A stretch of DNA of 64,000 nt from Camelus dromedarius (taxonomy: Eukaryota): assembly GCF_036321535.1 (NCBI RefSeq), contig NC_087447.1, forward strand, positions 33,916,001 to 33,980,000, in the 5' to 3' direction. Positions 25,901 through 39,199 of the stretch are shown in pieces. How positions within the stretch are numbered: the stretch's first letter is position 1; each line of letters starts with the position of its first letter. Under the pieces are notes generated by a model. That model had not been told where the DNA came from and did no database searches. It was given only the letters and a program-made list of their open reading frames with translations. A program made the translations under genes and the position numbers.

Positions 25901-27734
25901 TCCGGTGTGTGTGTGCAAATCACATCTGCCAAGCCTCAATGTAGAACTTTTATGGCATAAGGAATGCACAGCATCTTGAAAAATTAAGTACTATCTAAGG
26001 CTATAATCTGCTCCAATTTTCTCCTTCCCCTCTCTGAGGACACTCGAATATCTGAAGGAGCCCAAGCTCTAAGAGAAGGGAGCCCCAAGTCTCTCAAGCC
26101 CAATTAAACAGGAGCTGGGATTTCCCAGAGGGTTGGTACCACCCCCTACTTCTGGGGCCTATGTAAGAAGACTCAGGACTTTTGGGGTACTGGGCAGACA
26201 AATTCTAGAAATCCAGACGCTAGGGCTTTACAACTCACCGGCCATGTGATCTTAGGGAAGTCACTGAACCCCTGTGAGCTTCAGCTCCCTCATCTCAAAA
26301 ATGGGAATAAAAATCACACCTACCCTGCTTACTGCACAGTGCAGCAGGGTCCGAGATGACTACGTGTTCTGGTCATTTAATTCTTAATATGTAAAACAGC
26401 CTGGCTTCTCTGCTGACAGCTGTTTAGGCTACTGTCAGCTTGGAAGTAAAATTATTTTCTCTCTTTAGCAAAAGACACATTCTAAGTCTTCAGACACCAG
26501 GAGCGAAATGGGTTTTTTTTAGGAACGGGCACTATATAAAAAGCATTCTTGATTTGCACTGTTATTCACAATTATTGAGTCTTTTTTATTGTGGTGTCAA
26601 CTAATAGAATGATTGAACCATGATCCCCTACATAAATTTCTTCCAATGTGCTTATTCATAATAATAGGGAAAAAAAAAAGCCCTCAAATGACAAATTAGA
26701 ATTTCTCACCAAAGCGCAAGAAAGCACACCCACTTCCCCAATTCACTTCCACAAATGGCTCAGAGTTTCACAGTAACTCAGTCATCCTGCTGGCGACGAG
26801 ACCATAACTGTTTTCATCTTAAACAGTCATCACCGAGGCGCCTGTAGGAAAACTTCCACTTGGAATGTCCATTCATTCAACAGGATTATAAGCTCCCTAC
26901 AAATTTCTCACCTGGGATAGAACATGGTGAAATTATCCTTAATTCAGAAATCATCAAAATAGCCACTGAAGTAAGAGTAGGGTGTAAATAAGAAGGGAGT
27001 CAGAAAAAGAGATACTCTTTGGGGACAATATCCTCGCTCTGGCTTTCACTTGAGTGATACTTTTATTGTGAAACGCACCTTGATGCTAAGAACACCCACC
27101 GATGTGCTTCTGTCTCGGAAGCAATACATTTCACACCATGGTCACCTGCCTTCTCTGGACATACCTGACTTTTCCCTCATGTTCAAGGTTATATTTAGTT
27201 GTCATAGGGAGTCAGTAAACTATTGTGAAAGGTTTTATTATTTTTTAAGTAAGTTCATAAACAGATCTGATACAATCATTAAGTTGCTGCTTATAACTGA
27301 AAATATTCTGAGAATATTATAATTATGGTCCCATTATTGCCAGCATCAAAAAGTTCCCGATATTTTCACACTAAACTGTGTAGCAGCTATCTAACCAATC
27401 AATCAACATACTGTTGACTAGATCATCGTACTGTGAATCATAAGTCATATACGTCATAGCCCAGGCAGGGGTAAGAACCTTGTGGAAAATGGAGGGGAAA
27501 AATCCAGTAAGTGCAAGAATGAGGCAAAATGACCCTGGAGAACCTACCTTGCCTGGTCCTGTGCAAGGCATCTAAAAATCTGTACCCTCTGGCCCTGCTT
27601 TTTTGGAGACAACCTATGATCAGAAGCCAATCCTTTGATTAGATTCAAACAAACCATCTAGTTAAAAATAGATGAATAAATATTTACAGTGGGAAAGAAT
27701 TAGATGTCACAAATAAGAATGGTTTCCCATGGGG

Positions 27735-28410
27735 AATATTTTTTCTACCGTGGTATATCAGGCACAATGTTGAGATAAAGTGATAAACAAGATAGGCATT
27801 GTCACTGCTACCATGGAGCTAGAACCCAGGAGGAATGCACTCAATGCACTTGTAAATTTAACTGTGGTATGCGTGATACAGGACAAATGCCAGGTGCCAT
27901 AAGACCTAATACTCCTGGTGGGTGTGGTTAGGGAAGGCTTCCTAGAGGAAATAGCGTTTAAGCATCCAACGCTGCGATCTGATGTTACAGGGAGGGGGTG
28001 GGGGGGGGGTAGAGTGTCCCAGGCAGAGAGAGCAGCATATGTAACAGTCCATGGGGAGAAAAATGCCTTCCAAAGTTGTTGGGAGGAACTGAATGTCCTT
28101 GATTATATCCCATGTAGCAAGAATGTAGAGGAATGAGATGAGAGCAGAGGCTGGAGAAATGGCCAGGTGCAAAAAACAACACGTCCAGGTAAAAGCATTT
28201 GGATTTTGTACTAAATTCAGTGGGAAGCTTCGGAGGAATTTTAAACAGGAAAGTGACAAGATAGACCTTCAATCTGAAAGGATCCCTTGGTCTATTGAAG
28301 AATGGAAAAGGGTTTGATCTGGGCCAGAGAGAAAGGAGAAACCACATAGAGGCTGTCAAGTTTAACACATGTAAGAGATAATGCTGTCTAGACAAGGGTG
28401 GTGGTATTTG
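27735..28410 (-). mobile_element. L2 fragment
   Basis: CAGGCAC...CCATGGAGCT...AGGGAAGGCTTCCTAGAGGA...GGATTTTGTACTAAA...TTTTAAACAGGAAAGTGACA. Confidence 0.75.
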
Positions 28411-30509
28411 TTCCATTTATTTTCCCAGATTAATACAAACCACATTTTCCTAGTTCTATACAAAGGATCTAAAAATCTGTGCTCTCTGGCCCCTGCTTTT
28501 TTGGAGACAACCTATGACCATGAGCCACTCTTGTGATTACCCTCAAAAAACCTTCATCTGGTTCAAATGATTGGATAAATATTTACAATGGGAACAATTT
28601 TTAGGTGTCATAGATTTTGATTTCATTTTGTAGCATAATCAAACTATGGTAGATAAGTTGGAAGAAATATTTTCATACAATACAATCCAACTTTATTAAA
28701 TGAATATAACCCAAGTACTGAAATTTCTAAGTTTATGGAGACTTCTATGGAAATGGGAAAATTTGTAGAGGACTGGGGGTATATCAGATTGGTTCAATTA
28801 AATATTCATGAATTGGAAACTTGATATGTTCTAAACAATAATGAATGTTTACCTTCTGTATGCCCTTCTTTTCTTCCTTTTTCTTTTTTTTTTAACCCTA
28901 ATACTGTCTTAGTAATGGTTGTTACTCTTACTTGACATCCTAAGCTTGGGTGGAGCCAAAAGTCTTTAACTTCAAAGAAAGTGAGTTTAGGGTTTTCTGG
29001 ATCTGATTCAATCACTGACGATAATAGCAAAGGAAACAGGGCACTGGATCATAGGGGAAGGCGTTTCTAACCCTACCACTGGGCAGATCATTCAGACGTC
29101 GTTTAAATAGCAGCTTTAAAGAATGGGTGTTAGATTGAAGGTAGGGCACTAAGAGTATCCTATTTCCCATAAGGTTGTGTTTAAATTCTACATCTATTCA
29201 ATTGACCAAACTCTCTCCTATTATGATCCCAAAGAACAGCCATCAATCCTAAATATTTACTATCTACTATGTGCAAGGCAAATTTTCACAAAAATGACTC
29301 TATGAAATGGTTTCAATATTCTACATAAACTCTATAGCAGGTTAAAAAGGAAAAGGAAAAATTTTAAAGAGACCTTAAGGAAACAGCCCTTTTCATATCA
29401 CAACTAGGATGAAGCCCAGCAGTTCAGAATACTGGGGGTGGATGAATAAAAGCTGAAAATTTTAAACTAGTATGTTAATACTTCTATCCTAAATTAAATC
29501 CAGGAGAACTTGTAACCAAAATGACCCAGGAAATACTCACTGGGAATTAAACATGTGGTTTTAGGGAAAGGTCTAGAAAATGTAAGCAACATTATTAGTG
29601 AAACCAAAATATAAGCCAATATAACAAATTTAATGTTAATTCAGAGTGTTAACATTCTAAAAATACAAAATGGATTGTCCTGGCAAACCAAATAGAATAT
29701 AGAAAATATAAATATTATGTCCTGTGGCCTAATTTAAAATCTTTTAAATATCCCTTGCAGATCAAGGGCAAAGTTGAGGTTTTATGTATTTATCTCTAGA
29801 CTCTGAAAGTTCTTGAAAATAAGAAGTATTTGGAAAAATCTTGGATGAATTACTAAATCTGTAGAAAGCTGAAGTACATCTAATCGGGGAGTTCATTTAT
29901 ACTTAGCTATACTTATTACTTAATAAAATTGTTATAAAAGTTAGGAATGAGGAAAAAGCATATACATTCTCAAGATGAAGCTGTCAAAAAAAACCATTCA
30001 ATCTTAAGAGCTCCTATGGTAAGAAGTATTCTGAATTCTTGATCACCTCTAGATAATCTGGTTTCGACCTTAAAGAGTATTGATTCCTTGTTTTTTGTTG
30101 GAAACACAGCCTTCTTTCTACAACATCTAATTTAAATAATTTAAGTTCCTATTATCCAGTTTTTGAATGATCAAAGTCCCTTTCCGGTCCTTATCTTCCC
30201 TGAGGCTATTTTTTTCTGTACCTTCGTTTGTTCTAACCCAGCCCTGCCCTCTCCTAGACTGGCAGAGTAAAGGCAACTCACCTCAGTCCGCCTCTCTCCC
30301 TCCCTCTCTCTGCCTCTTGCTTTCTCTCTCTTCCTCCCTCTCTTTCTTCCCTTTACCAATTTTTGTTCATTTTTATTTATATCAGAGTAGTACATGCACA
30401 TCATTTCAATTGTTAAATGACACTACAAAGCTTACAATAACAATCCTTAGCGCCTTCCTCCTCCCCTTTTATTCTCCTACTAATTTCCAGTTAGAACTAT
30501 TTTCATATA

Positions 30510-30635
30510 TTTTTTGGAGGGGGGAGGAGGTAATTGGGTTTATTTCTTTATTTTTAGAGGAGGTATTGGGGATTGAACCCAGGACTTCATGCATGCTAAG
30601 CATGCACTCTACCACTTGAGCTATACCCTCCCCCC
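30510..30635 (-). mobile_element. Camelid tRNA-Ala-derived SINE (vic-1 type), long-tail form
   Basis: Reverse strand GGGGGAGGGTATAGCTCAAGTGGTAGAGTGCATGCTTAGCATGCATGAAGTCCTGGGTTCAATCCCC; TSD ATTTTCATATA at 30499-30509 and 30636-30646. Confidence 0.88.
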
Positions 30636-30649
30636 ATTTTCATATACAT

Positions 30650-30780
30650 ATATTTTTTAAACATTTTTTTGAGTTATAGTCACTTTACAATGTTGTGTCA
30701 AATTCCAGTGTAGAGCACAATTTTTCAGTTATATATGAACATCCATCCATACATTCATTGTCACATTCTCTTCTGCTGCA
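30650..30780 (-). mobile_element. Young L1 3' terminus (antisense), next to the SINE, inside an older L1ME remnant (~30360-31380)
   Basis: GAGTTATAGTCACTTTACAATGTTGTGTCAAATTCCAGTGTA. Confidence 0.75.
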
Positions 30781-32314
30781 ATTTTTTCTGGCATTGACCT
30801 CCATATTTCTCAATAGTTTGCATCTAGTTCTCTTTGCTGATTTCTGCATTGTAGACATCAGCTATTGACTTTCTATAATGGGCACTGAAGTTTTGCCCCT
30901 CTTGCTTAATGCCTCCCACCACTTTCTACAACAATTATATCACTATTTTTGGTTCAATCAGCGTTACATGTTTCCTTTACTACAAATAAACAAATATTGT
31001 GCATTGTTGAAGCTAGTATTAGACTACAGTTACACTGCATTTATTGTGTAAGCTTTTTATTTTTCCTGAAGCTAATAATTACTTCTTTTTCTTTACAGAG
31101 CTCTCTGTGTGGCCATCATTAAGTTCTTCTAAAACTCTCCCTCAGAATTTTAAAACACCCCTAAATACTGGTCTCTTTTCCATGTGGTCAGATGCATCCG
31201 GTGGTGATCAGTTCTGTCTCCTGCACCTCTAGTCTTGCCGTCCCGATTTCCCCTTGCTTCTCTTTCTGGTTAGAGCTCTTATTTCTAGGATCCCATGTCT
31301 TCCCTTTCTTGGCTTATCCTCTCTCTCGGTAAAGCATCTCCTGCTGAAGCTTCTTGAGAAAGGGTAGAAGGGAGGTCCCCTCACTGCTAAGAATCCCACT
31401 TCTCATTTCGAAGAATCCTGCTCCATTACAATCTCCTTTAGGGCAGGAACCTTGAGCAGTTTTCCTTTTAGCCTCCCAGGCAGTACCACTGTTCCCCTAC
31501 CAGTGCTTCATCACAGACCTGGAAATGATCTCAGTTACTTATCTGAGATAATTATCCATTATCTTTCTACCTGACATGCTTTATGCAGTCAAAGTATCCT
31601 CAGTGCATCGTAGCTGCAAACCCCACCAAAACCAGTGAGCTAATAAACAGATAAATAAATAAAATGTGCAGAAAGAGCATGAGTTTGAGAGACTTGCAGT
31701 CCAACATTGGCTTTATACTTAAGTTCTGAGACTTTGCAAAATTTCCCTAACATTGCTGAGATTCCACTTTTTTTTCCCCATTTTTCAAATAAAAGTAACT
31801 ATTTCTCATGTGTCAGATCAAGGTGAGGATGCTGATTTATTTAGAACTGAAATATCGTGATACCAATAACTTACTTTCCAATGGTTCAGCTCCCTGTCCC
31901 CAGATGTATATTCAATACACAGAGAATAGATGAGGCCAAATGGGAACACTCTGTGACCCCAGGTGAAGGATATAGAGGTGTTCTTCATACTTTTCTTTCC
32001 GCTTTTCTCTAAGTTTGACTTTTTCCAAAGTACAAAGTTGGGGGAAGACGGAAATGGCATAGCTCCCTCCGAGGGTCTTTGTTAGAATGAAATGTATCTG
32101 ATAACGAAGCACTCAGCTCCCGTGCCGGGCAGTACTGGATGCTCCACAAATGTTAATGTCCTTTGTTCCCTGGAGCTAATCCCAACCTTAGGCTGGATGA
32201 GTATAAAGGAGCTGAGATCTGTGGATGATCAGCTTGGCCCTCAGCCAGCCCTGCAGTGGGCTCCCTCTGACTTCATAGCCCAGTTCTAGAAACTTCTCTC
32301 TCAACTTTGCTCCC

Positions 32315-32735
32315 CGTGGTAAGCTGAAAAATGTGCCCCTCCTCCCCAAGATATGCACGTCAAATCTTTGAAACCTGTGAATGTTACTTTATTTGGTAAA
32401 AGGGTCTTTACAGATGTAATTAAGAATCTTGAGATGAGATCTTCTATCCAGGTGGGCCCTAAATCCAATGACAAGTGTCCTTAAAAGAGACACATGGAGA
32501 AGAACAGTCAGGAGGGGAGGAGGCACTATAAAGGCCAAAGCAGAGACTGGAGGGATGTGAAGCCAAAGAAGCCAAGGAAGGCTGACCCCCACCAGAAGCT
32601 GGAAGAAGCCAAGGACATGTTTTACCCTCAGAGCCTCTGAGGGAGCTCCGTGCTCCGCCACCTTAAGTTTGGACTTCCGGCCCCCAGAACTGCGAGGGAA
32701 TCGAGTTCTGTGATTTTTAAGCTACAATGGAAACC
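32315..32735 (+). mobile_element. MLT1C/D-like MaLR LTR
   Basis: GAAACCTGTGAATGTTACTTTATTTGGTAAAAGGGTCTTT-CAGATGTAATTAAG...CCACCAGAAGCTGGAAG. Confidence 0.8.
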
Positions 32736-32737
32736 AT

Positions 32738-32905
32738 GCCTTGACTATTGCATATAGTGCTGCTATGAACATTGGGGTGCATATATCTTTTCAAATTAGA
32801 GTTCTCTCTGGATATATGCACAAGAATGGGATTGCTGGGCCACGTAGTTAAGTCTATTTTTAATTTTTTAAGGAATCTCCATATTGTTTTCATAATGGCT
32901 GCCCA
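32738..32905 (-). mobile_element. L1 ORF2-end fragment (antisense)
   Basis: GCTGCTATGAACATTGGGGTGCAT...GGGATTGCTGGG...AGGAATCTCCATATTGTTTTC. Confidence 0.75.
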
Positions 32906-33794
32906 AAGTGATCAAGCTGTAACTGAACTTCAGGTATGTGCCATTTCCCCATATGTAAATTATTCCTCAACCAAAAAAGTAAAATATTAAAAGAAAAAGA
33001 AGTGGGCAGGGGCCAATGAAGCCAGACACAGGAGACCACAATGGGAAGTCTCAGTTGGGTTTTAAGCAGGAGCATGTCTTGATGCAATTTATGTTTAAAA
33101 AGGTCACTGTGACTGCTCGGCAGAGACCACGTGGATTAGAGAGTGAGCTATTAGAAAGGTCTTATTTATAGTTAGCCAAAGAAGTGTTCCTGGATTAGTC
33201 CCAGTTCTACTTATTTGCGGCCACATGGGTGATTCTGATTTCCTTCCCTGAGACTCCACGCTGTCCTCAGAAGCACTCCACTTTGCTCAGTGCCTCTCAC
33301 ATGCAGTTTTTATCCCAGACTGAGTGCAGAGTCACAGGTGAGACCCACCCAGAGCAAAGCTGAGTGTTCCAGGTACCATGGCTGGAGCCTGAGATCCATT
33401 TCTTGCCATTAGGCGCAGCCAGAACGAGCCACCCTCCACTCTTGGCACGCTGAGGCCGCTGCTCACAAGCTCATGCCCCACGCAGCCCCAGCAGAAGGAA
33501 GAGACTTCCTTCTCTGAACTGTTTCACCCAGTGAGCATCAGTCACTTTGGTTCCCAGTCATAACAGTTTCCCACTGAGGATCAGTGGGTGAGAATACATG
33601 TGTGTAGGTGGGAGCGTGTTTGTTTTCTTTTTCCCTGATAGATAAGATGTTGGAGAGAACCAGTGTCGGTTAACTTCTCTGGCTCAGTAGCTAGCATAAT
33701 TCTGCGGACAAAAATTGATGATTGTCTTTCAGAGTAAGTATATTATTGAGTATACTCTGAAAGTAGGCAGACCCCTTGGTTTGCATCAAGGAAA

Positions 33795-34660
33795 TGTAAA
33801 TCATAACATCAATAAGATGCCACCACACACCTATTAGAATGGCCAAAGTCTGGAACACTGATGACAGCAAATGCTGGCAAGCATCTGGAACGACAGAAAC
33901 ATTGCTGGTGGGAATGCAAAATGGTACAGGTCCTTTAGAAGATTGTTTGGAGGTTTCTTACAAAACTAAACACACTTTTACCATATAATCCAGCAATTGC
34001 ACTCCTCGTAATTGATGCACAGGAACTGAAAAGTTACATCCACACAAAAACCTGCACACAGACATTTAGAGCAGGTTTATTCATAATTGCCAAAACTTGG
34101 AGACAACGAAGATGTCCTTCAGCAGGTGAATGGATCAGTAAACTGTGGTACATCCAGACAATGGAATATTATTCAGTGCTAAAAAGAAATGAGTTATCAA
34201 GCCATGAAAAGACATGGAAGAATCTTGAATGTGTATTACTAAGTGAAAGAAGTCAACCTGTGTGATTCCAACTATCTGATATTCTGGAAAAGGCAAAACT
34301 ATGGAGACGCTAATAAGATTACTTGTTGCCAGGGGTGGATGGGGAAAGAGATAAATAGGCAGAGCACAGGGAATTTTTAGGGCAGTGAAAATACTCTATA
34401 ACATTATTATGATGAGCATATATTATTACATATTTGTCCAAACCCATAGAATGTGCACACTGGGAGTGAACACTACGGTAAACTCTGGACTTGGGGTGAT
34501 TATGACGTGTCCGTGTAGGTTCATTGCTCGCAAAAGTGTACCATTCTGGTAAGTGATGTTGATAACGGGGGAGGCTGTGCATGTATTCGTACTTTCTTCT
34601 CAATTTTGTTGTAAAATTAAACTGCTCTAAAAAAAATAATAAAAGTCTTTTAAAAAAAAA
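33795..34660 (+). mobile_element. L1MC1/2-like 3' end
   Basis: CACACCTATTAGAATGGCCAAA..., GGAAAAGGCAAAACTATGGAGAC, GATGTTGATAACGGGGGAGGCTGTGCATGT, A-tail. Confidence 0.85.
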
Positions 34661-37600
34661 GAACTGTTGGAGGCTCACCCTTGTTCATAGGAGATGAGGG
34701 AGTACAGATCTCAAGGAAAGGGCTCCTAGGCTGGGTGGCATCTCCAAAGCAGCTGAGTTGCCCAGCACAGCCCTTTCCCTCCTTGCTGTATTAGGATCTT
34801 GTTCCCTGGTTTTCCTAAGTAACAAGAGACTTTTCTCATTGTCGTCCTGGATACATTCAAGTGAAGGGAAAGTGAAAGTAACATTTGTTGAGCACCTACC
34901 ATGGGCATTTCTTTTATAACAGGAAGTTTTCATGATAAAATTTGGAATTAACCACACAATCAGTTAGAAAATAGGATTTGCCCTGCTATTGTTTTTAAAG
35001 TATCTCCATCTGGAACTCATAGAAACAGAAGCATTTTGAGCCAACATGGCAGCTTCATTTGAATAGCTTGGGGCTTTATTTATCACAACAATGGATGATG
35101 AGGGAATAAAGGTAATAAGAATGAGTAAGAAGTACTGAAGATAGTGTCTAAAGGACTTTGAAAAGAAGGCTCTTTATTCGAGAGCAAAGGCTGGAAGTAA
35201 TCAAAGCTGGATTTACTAAGTAATGTTTATAGCAACATAGAAAATTTCTATTATTGAAATGTCTGCAGGGCAAATAACTTTGACATTGAAATTCTGAAAC
35301 TCAGGAATCCTTAGCCCCCTTTTTTCCATTTTGTTTTTACAATGTGGTTTCTTAAAATGATAACACCATCCCACTGGCACACCCACCATCACATGTTGAC
35401 TCAGGCAGCGCTAAGCAAGTGCTTATTGAATAAACGTACTCAGTCAAAATAGATTACAAATGGCATGAGTTTTAAAAACCAAATTGCTTTATCTCTCTAT
35501 GGAATGAAAAATAGACCTGAAATTCTTTTCAGAAACACCACTGAACCTGAATAAGTCAGAACTGAACCTATCTATACATTTCCTAAAACCATCTCTGGCC
35601 AGAATCTGAACCCAGGGGGACCGTCCACTTGGGACAGATTGCCTGTTCCTCCTCTGAACCTGATACTAGCATCTGAGCCAAGAGCCAAGTCCCCTAAAGC
35701 AAGTGCCAGGGAAGGGCCTCAGAAGGAGGTGATTTTTTCCAGGAAGAGTGAAACTTCTTGAGTGAACCAGCCTCGCCTCCACTCCATCCCCTTCCATCCA
35801 GAAAACAGCGCTGGGAGCCCCCGAGGGGGCTTTGGCTGCACTGACTTCTCACACACTCTTCTTTCAAATGAATTTAAACCTTTTCTGGTCCAAATCCCTA
35901 CAGAAGGGGAACAACAAAAAAAGAGTAACTACTCTGTAGTTTTTCCACTATTATGCAAATTGATTAATCAGCCAATGCTCCTGGGAGAATTAATTTAGGT
36001 TTGAATCCAGCGAGGCCTGGGTGCTGGCTACTGAACCCCCGGGCCAAAGCCTCAGCTAGGTAGCATCTCACATTATTCCTTTGACGAAATGTGAACTGAC
36101 ATAAATACTATGGCTCCCTTTCAATCCGATTACCCGGTTACCTCACATCAGTGCTACCCCAGCCATCAGACTCCAGCGTCTTTCCTTTCACCGGCTCCAG
36201 GAACAACGGACAACTCCTCCTTGATAAACAAGCACCCACGCTACCACCTCGTACCCCCACTCTTAACCCATCATCCTCGCTCAATGGGCTCTATTCGACA
36301 AGGTATTTTATTCTGTTTGTAGGAATCAAGGTCTGAAAACCAGTTCAAAATCAGGCCCGGCTGGGGCTGTTCATTCAAAGCTGCCCTTTCACACAATCCG
36401 TCACTGAGAGCCTCTGGTAAGAACACCCCTGAAGCATCCACCCTTCAATGCATGTCACCCCCTTGGGACGCTCCCCGCCCCCCACCCCCCACCTCTGCTT
36501 CATCTCCCTCCCTTCCGTCTCCTGAACCCTTTTTAAAACACACAAAAAACAAATAGCAGCACAGGTTTCCCTAGGCTTGCGTGACCTGAAGCTCTGTCAA
36601 AATGAACCTACATTTTAAACTGTACCTTTGTGGTAAAACTCATGTTGACAACCACTAAATTCTTTCCGTGGCTCCTCATAGAAACTTAAAAAAAAAAAAA
36701 AAGATGCATTTCTCTCCCTGACCCCCCAACTCCCAAACTCTGCCCATTTAAAAAGCTTGGCAAACAATTCACCAGGTTGGGGGAACGCTTTTCTATGTGA
36801 GCAGCTCAGTTTCAGGAGCCCCTACCTTGGTAATTCGATTAACAGGCAAAACGTGAATAGCGCTGACCTCCACAGTCCCCTCCCCCTTCATGCTTTGGAC
36901 CATGTATTGCACAGAACTGAGAGAAAATAGAGTGAATGGTGGCAGAAAAAAATATGAATTTGCGAACTGTTCTATACTGAAAATGGAAATGACAGAGGAT
37001 GAAAACAAAGCTGGCTTTATTTTTTTTAAAAAGCCTCCCCAAGTGATTGTAGGGCTTGGTTTTTGGAGAAAGGGGCAGAAGTTCTAGATGACCATCAACG
37101 GGTGCTCTTGGGGTGTTAGTCAGCTTTGTAGCGAATTAGCTTCAATATTTCTAGACCTCCTTTTAGCGCTCTCTAAAAGAGGGGACAGAGACCCTGCAGG
37201 AATGCTTGTCTTTTTTATTTTTAATTTTTATTGAAGTATAATCAGTTACAATGTGTCAATTTCTGGTGTACCGCATAATGAGGGGTGCTTGTGTTTATGA
37301 ACTGATGAAAGCAGAAATACCTTCTGTCACCACCATCCCTCTCCAGGCTCAGAATCTGAGGAACACTTTAAAACATATTCTAACTAAATATGTATATTAA
37401 GAAGCCATTCACTTTTAGAAATAAGAGAAAGCAAATTAGTAATAAGAACTGAAATACATGAACATTCCCTCAGAACACTTACATACAAGGAAAGTTATGG
37501 GTTTTACCAAACACTGTTCATATTTTTCCAAAGCAACTTGCTTTCTGTTTATGCCAGGAGAGAACATCTCCATTTTCCATTTAAAAGTTGAAGAGGCACT

Positions 37601-38240
37601 GAGCAAACACGTTAGATCTGGCTAATTCATATTCACTAAAAGTGACATTCTCTTTCCCTTTCACCTAAAAGCTGATGCCTTTGCCCAAATGTCTAAAATT
37701 TGCTGCTTTGTGTCTGCCAAATACAGATTTTATAGCTATTCAAGAATGTTATTTCATACCATATTTTTACTCAAAAATAAGTGCAATTGCTTTATTCCTT
37801 TCACTTGGTCTGACTGTTTACCATTCACTCAACAAACAGTCCTTTAGTATCTACTGATTATGAGATGTGCCCACAGGGCAGGCTCTCAATAGCATTCAGG
37901 GTGACCAGTGTGGTTAGAATCCTCACTCTTCATCCTTCCTTTACCTACAATCTGGTGCCACAGGAACCTTCTCCTGCAAGCTCAGGTCTACTCAGTCCTG
38001 CCCCTTAACAGGAAACATCTAGAAGACTTACTGCATGAGCTTAGGGGACTCAGACTCCAGTCACCCTCACTGTTGTTGGCTCCTTCATGTGACCACAGCT
38101 CCCAGGCTATCCTGATTAACCCCTTGCCCCCTAAGTTCCCGTATCGACTCTTTCTCTGCTTGTTCTTTAGCACCTTCCCAGATCACCTGCCCACTGAGAA
38201 CCAGAAATGCTCCAAACTTAGGGCCTGACTTCCTCTAACA

Positions 38241-38430
38241 CACTGGTCCTCAACCAGGGGCAATTTGGATCCCCAAACTGACATTTGGTAGTCTGGAGAC
38301 ATTTTTCTCTGGGAGGGAGGGAGAGTATGCTATAGGCATCTGATGGCTTAGCAATTCTGCTAAACCTCCTACAATGTCCCACGTGGCCCTCCACAACAAA
38401 AATTCAAGTTCAGAAATCTTGATACAATCA
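38241..38430. mobile_element. MER20 hAT MITE
   Basis: CACTGGTCCTCAACCAGGGGCAATTT...GACATTTGG...TCTGGAGACATTTTT...GCTAAACCTCCTACAATG. Confidence 0.75.
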
Positions 38431-39199
38431 GTTCCCTCTCTAATTCCATAGGTGACAGAGTAGGAACAGGGACTTTGGGTCAGACCTCCCTGGTCCAAAT
38501 CTGCCTCTGCCACTAAATTAACTGCATGATGCCCTAACAGCTACTTTATACTTTTTGAGCCACAGTTTCTTTGTCTGTAAAATGGACTTGTTATGAGGAG
38601 ACTAGGAATTAATATATATAAATCATTAAGCACAGAACCCACTAAATGGAAGCCATAATTAGTGTTGCAACTGTAAGATCATCCCTAGAAATACACCCCA
38701 AGATCCTATGCCCTGAGTCCTGTTACTTACTGGCAAATCTCCTTTCTATGTGCTTTCTCCTCAGTTCTCATAGTTCTCAAACCACAGATGCTATATGGAG
38801 CAGGGGTCTACCAATACCACCACCAGAGCCCTGGAAGGCATTGCTATTTAATAGCAGAGAAATTTCCCACATCACTCAGAGTTGATCTCGGAATCCTCCT
38901 CTATGCAGTAGTTTAAATATAACTACCAATCACTGAAATTTGGCACAAGAACTAAAGTTCTATTTGCTATCTTTTACTTACATGTTATCTCTTACCAACC
39001 AGAGTTATCTCTTGCTAGAAACAGTGAGTGCCTTATCACTGGAAGTACTTAAGCAAGGCTACCATGAAAGGGGTTTTATTTTTAACATGCATGGCATTTG
39101 ATGCATGTTTGAATAATCATCTTGGCAGCATGATACCTGCACACCAGATCTGCAGCCCGTACACCCAAAACACAAGACACACAGAAGATGATTTTAGTG

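Noticed and set aside
30167..30619. 150 aa hydrophobic ORF
   Set aside because: Built from a CT-rich low-complexity tract, an L1 remnant and an antisense SINE.
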